Of a stretch of 64,000 bases of DNA, positions 62,501 through 64,000 are shown piece after piece. The translations under genes and the position numbers were made by a program. Each line of letters opens with the position of its first letter. Positions within the stretch are counted from its first letter, which is position 1. The notes beneath the pieces are model-generated. The model did no database searches and was not told where the DNA came from. It was given only the letters and a program-made list of their open reading frames with translations. The DNA is from Verrucomicrobiota bacterium (lineage in GTDB: Bacteria > Verrucomicrobiota > Verrucomicrobiia > Opitutales > Seribacteraceae): positions 64,001 through 128,000 of the forward strand of contig JAQBYT010000005.1 of assembly GCA_027622665.1 (NCBI GenBank). The letters run 5' to 3'.

Positions 62501-64000
62501 GCTTGGGGGACTACGGGGATGACTTTTACGAATTGTCGCTTTATCGGCAACGAGGCTAATGGGAGTTCCGGTTCCAGTGGCGGTATGGCTATGCTGGCAA
62601 ACGGCACCACATCGACATCTTTTGTCAACTGTGTCATTTCGGGAAATAAAGCAAACTACAGGAGTGGTGTTCTTCAAGCTGATGGCACTACTCGCTTCGT
62701 GAACTGTACATTATATGGAAATGTTGCTGAGGAAGGTGGGGTAACGCTTCTTTTTACAGGTGAAACGATGGAATTGGAAAACTCGATTATTTGGGGTAAT
62801 TCGGCAAATGTCATTCCGGACATATACAAAAACACGGGAGCCGTAAGCATCAACAATTCTCTTTTCTTATCTTCGCAGTCTTCAGAGTTGCCAAGTGGTT
62901 TAGGAAATCTTTCGGGGGATCCGCTTTTCATTGATGCAGATGGAACTGATAATTTAGTCGGCACAGAGGATGATGATCTTGGATTACAGGCCTCCTCTCC
63001 CGCAATCGATCAAGCGTCTCCCTCAGTTTCCGGCTATTCCTCGTCCGACGCTCTGGGCAAAACTCGTTACGGTTCTGCTCCGGATTTAGGTGCTTACGAA
63101 TATCGTATAAACTCCGCCCCGGTTCTTACTAATTCGACAGAGGCGGGAGAATTATTGGTCACTGCCACAGACGGCAATGTATCCGTAGTGACCCTTTCGG
63201 TTGCCGATGCGGACGGCGATGCCGTCTCTTTCTCCCTTGGTGACTCCAATGACGATACTCTCTTTAGAATCGCCTCCGCCACTGGAGTTGTTCGATTTCG
63301 AACCCCACCGAACTTCGCTTCGCCCGCGGACTCAAACTCAGACAATATATACGCCCTGACCGTTTTTTACACCGACTCTGAAGCTCCTCCCAATTCCATA
63401 ACACTTCGAGTCACTGTGACCGACTCGGGTTCAATTGCCCCAATATATGTAAACCTCACGATTGAAACGGAGGGGGAGGGAGTCGTCTCCGATACCGGCG
63501 AAGGAACCTACGAGCTTCATGATACAGCTTCCATTACGGCAACGGCGGGCACAAGCTATGTTTTCGCCAACTGGACGGGAGATGCCAACGGCAGCGAGAA
63601 TCCCCTGACGCTCACAATGGACGGCAACAAGACCGTCGTTGCTGTCTTCAATAAACTTAATGCACTCCCTCAGCTGACGCATGTTCTGACTGACAATAGT
63701 TTTTCCATTACCTTGACGGAAAATACAACTGTCGCCCTAGACCTCAATGCCTCCGACGAAGACGGTGACGCCGTAACATTTGCTCTTTCCGGTACGGACT
63801 CAGACCTTTTCGACCTAAATTCCACCACGGGCATTCTTCGTTTTCTTATCCCTCCCGACTACGAAAACCCCGCTGATGCGGACCTGAACCACGCTTACGA
63901 TTTGGAGATAACTATTTCTGATGGCATCGATATCACTTCTGCAATCTTACGAATCTCTATCCTTGACGATACTTCCGAACTTCCAATTAATTATACTTTA
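59555..64000 (+). CDS. Large secreted protein (>1480 aa, partial): M12/reprolysin-like metalloprotease, Ig-like domains, Pmp-type beta-helix repeats, cadherin-like and InlB B-repeat-like domains
   Basis: Manual translation from ATG 59555 (alt 59537): signal peptide, HELGHNMGCLH at 60401, Met-turn TVMSY, repeated GGA(I/L/V)+FxxN, SSPAIDQ...DLGAYE, FANWTGD, PDYENP; same frame at window end. Confidence 0.85.
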   Translation, partial: MKLFGCLLGSYLLVVILSPLTFASDSLDKANLLSSEINFQLSNGDKVVANRISGMDLGGGDFSWTGDLTGVSVGFMTFAKVDDLLSGTVHFAAGHAYSFRGPSGDLKIKPVSAKKRSCGGCLLGKKLPPDPRRQRRIKTWRNGDGNLVDLLVVYPSAVVDEAAGITPLAADVAKAVADANLCYRNSQVNLQLRLVHLAEVSYTPTGVLETDLERLAGTADGYMDDVHALRDQYGADLVALLATESNSGGLANTMMYPSIDFASQGFSVSVWDQMGAPSYTLAHELGHNMGCLHNREDSSDVDGSYEFRSFSYGKRWLSGNSGYATVMSYDTEPTSTFPNTIPFFSNPDVSYLGTTTGNVGTEDNAQVLKFTSPYVANFRSAVVQSIVPSLSSLAIQEGNSRSFGVRLAVKPSSPLSVNISLVAGGDADLMITSPSSMTFDSSNWNLPHPLQISAFSDSDTVNGSATINLSATGVNSTTVLVTEVDSGTTISTSPLIAGIATNSLGFGISGVTMTFSNGGEPVATDANGTFRHEVTEGWSGIITPSKIGHTFLPASTTVSSLSADSVAHNFTASRSSTLFVDVDAFGAGDGSSWTNAYTDLAVALRSKHPFSEVWVAEGTYKPGVVRPSAFLLPPDIPVYGGFTGVETSLTQRDYSANITILSGDIGDPNVSADNCYHVVIPTANATLDGFFITDGNANENYSDDRGKGGALWAEHSAFTIKNCVFSSNSANQQGGAIFLNESNATLIGCTFNGNITGSTGDGGAVDLNSSTLTLTACRFVSNHSYYYGGAINSLNSNLTLNSSSFVTNQSLNSNGGGAIRLKGGSIQGSFNSFTSNKATHEGGAILWEETTGSLSDSNFTSNQNLSWNGGGGIYFKNASPTILRCSFTGNITNANNSGGAIHLNNASPTISNCVLASNAAALNSGGAISIDSSSLPVLSGNEFRYNSAESYGGAIYVSGGQNLLATNNLFLGNYSNSGGAVSAWGTTGMTFTNCRFIGNEANGSSGSSGGMAMLANGTTSTSFVNCVISGNKANYRSGVLQADGTTRFVNCTLYGNVAEEGGVTLLFTGETMELENSIIWGNSANVIPDIYKNTGAVSINNSLFLSSQSSELPSGLGNLSGDPLFIDADGTDNLVGTEDDDLGLQASSPAIDQASPSVSGYSSSDALGKTRYGSAPDLGAYEYRINSAPVLTNSTEAGELLVTATDGNVSVVTLSVADADGDAVSFSLGDSNDDTLFRIASATGVVRFRTPPNFASPADSNSDNIYALTVFYTDSEAPPNSITLRVTVTDSGSIAPIYVNLTIETEGEGVVSDTGEGTYELHDTASITATAGTSYVFANWTGDANGSENPLTLTMDGNKTVVAVFNKLNALPQLTHVLTDNSFSITLTENTTVALDLNASDEDGDAVTFALSGTDSDLFDLNSTTGILRFLIPPDYENPADADLNHAYDLEITISDGIDITSAILRISILDDTSELPINYTL

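Overview
Bacterial genomic window. Gene content points to the PVC superphylum, most likely a marine Verrucomicrobiota/Opitutales lineage; this is inferred from the PSD1/DUF1549-DUF1553 + DUF1501 pairs, PVC-type CxxCH proteins, sulfatases and a UDPGP-type UDP-GlcNAc pyrophosphorylase. Positions 0.5-7.3 kb are a metal-homeostasis locus: a DtxR/MntR regulator divergent from a TroABCD-type Mn/Zn ABC importer whose first permease is fused to a second DtxR domain, then a CxxC/PPPR small protein in front of a Met/His-rich outer-membrane barrel. The 71-bp promoter-operator-start region of the ABC operon recurs (62/71 identical, ungapped) 22 kb away in front of another outer-membrane barrel gene. Positions 9.6-49.7 kb are an accessory patchwork of mostly secreted hydrolases, heme-c/PQQ proteins, NIPSNAP, YHYH, EF-hand and FG-GAP proteins, with many pseudogenes and deletion chimeras; every sulfatase is broken. 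The right end has IclR-PSD1-DUF1501, rlmN, a second PVC CxxCH protein, and a >1480-aa secreted reprolysin/Pmp-repeat/cadherin protein that runs off the window and is absent from the ORF track. I saw no rRNA, tRNA, CRISPR array, integrase or transposase. All family calls are from motif recognition, not database searches.
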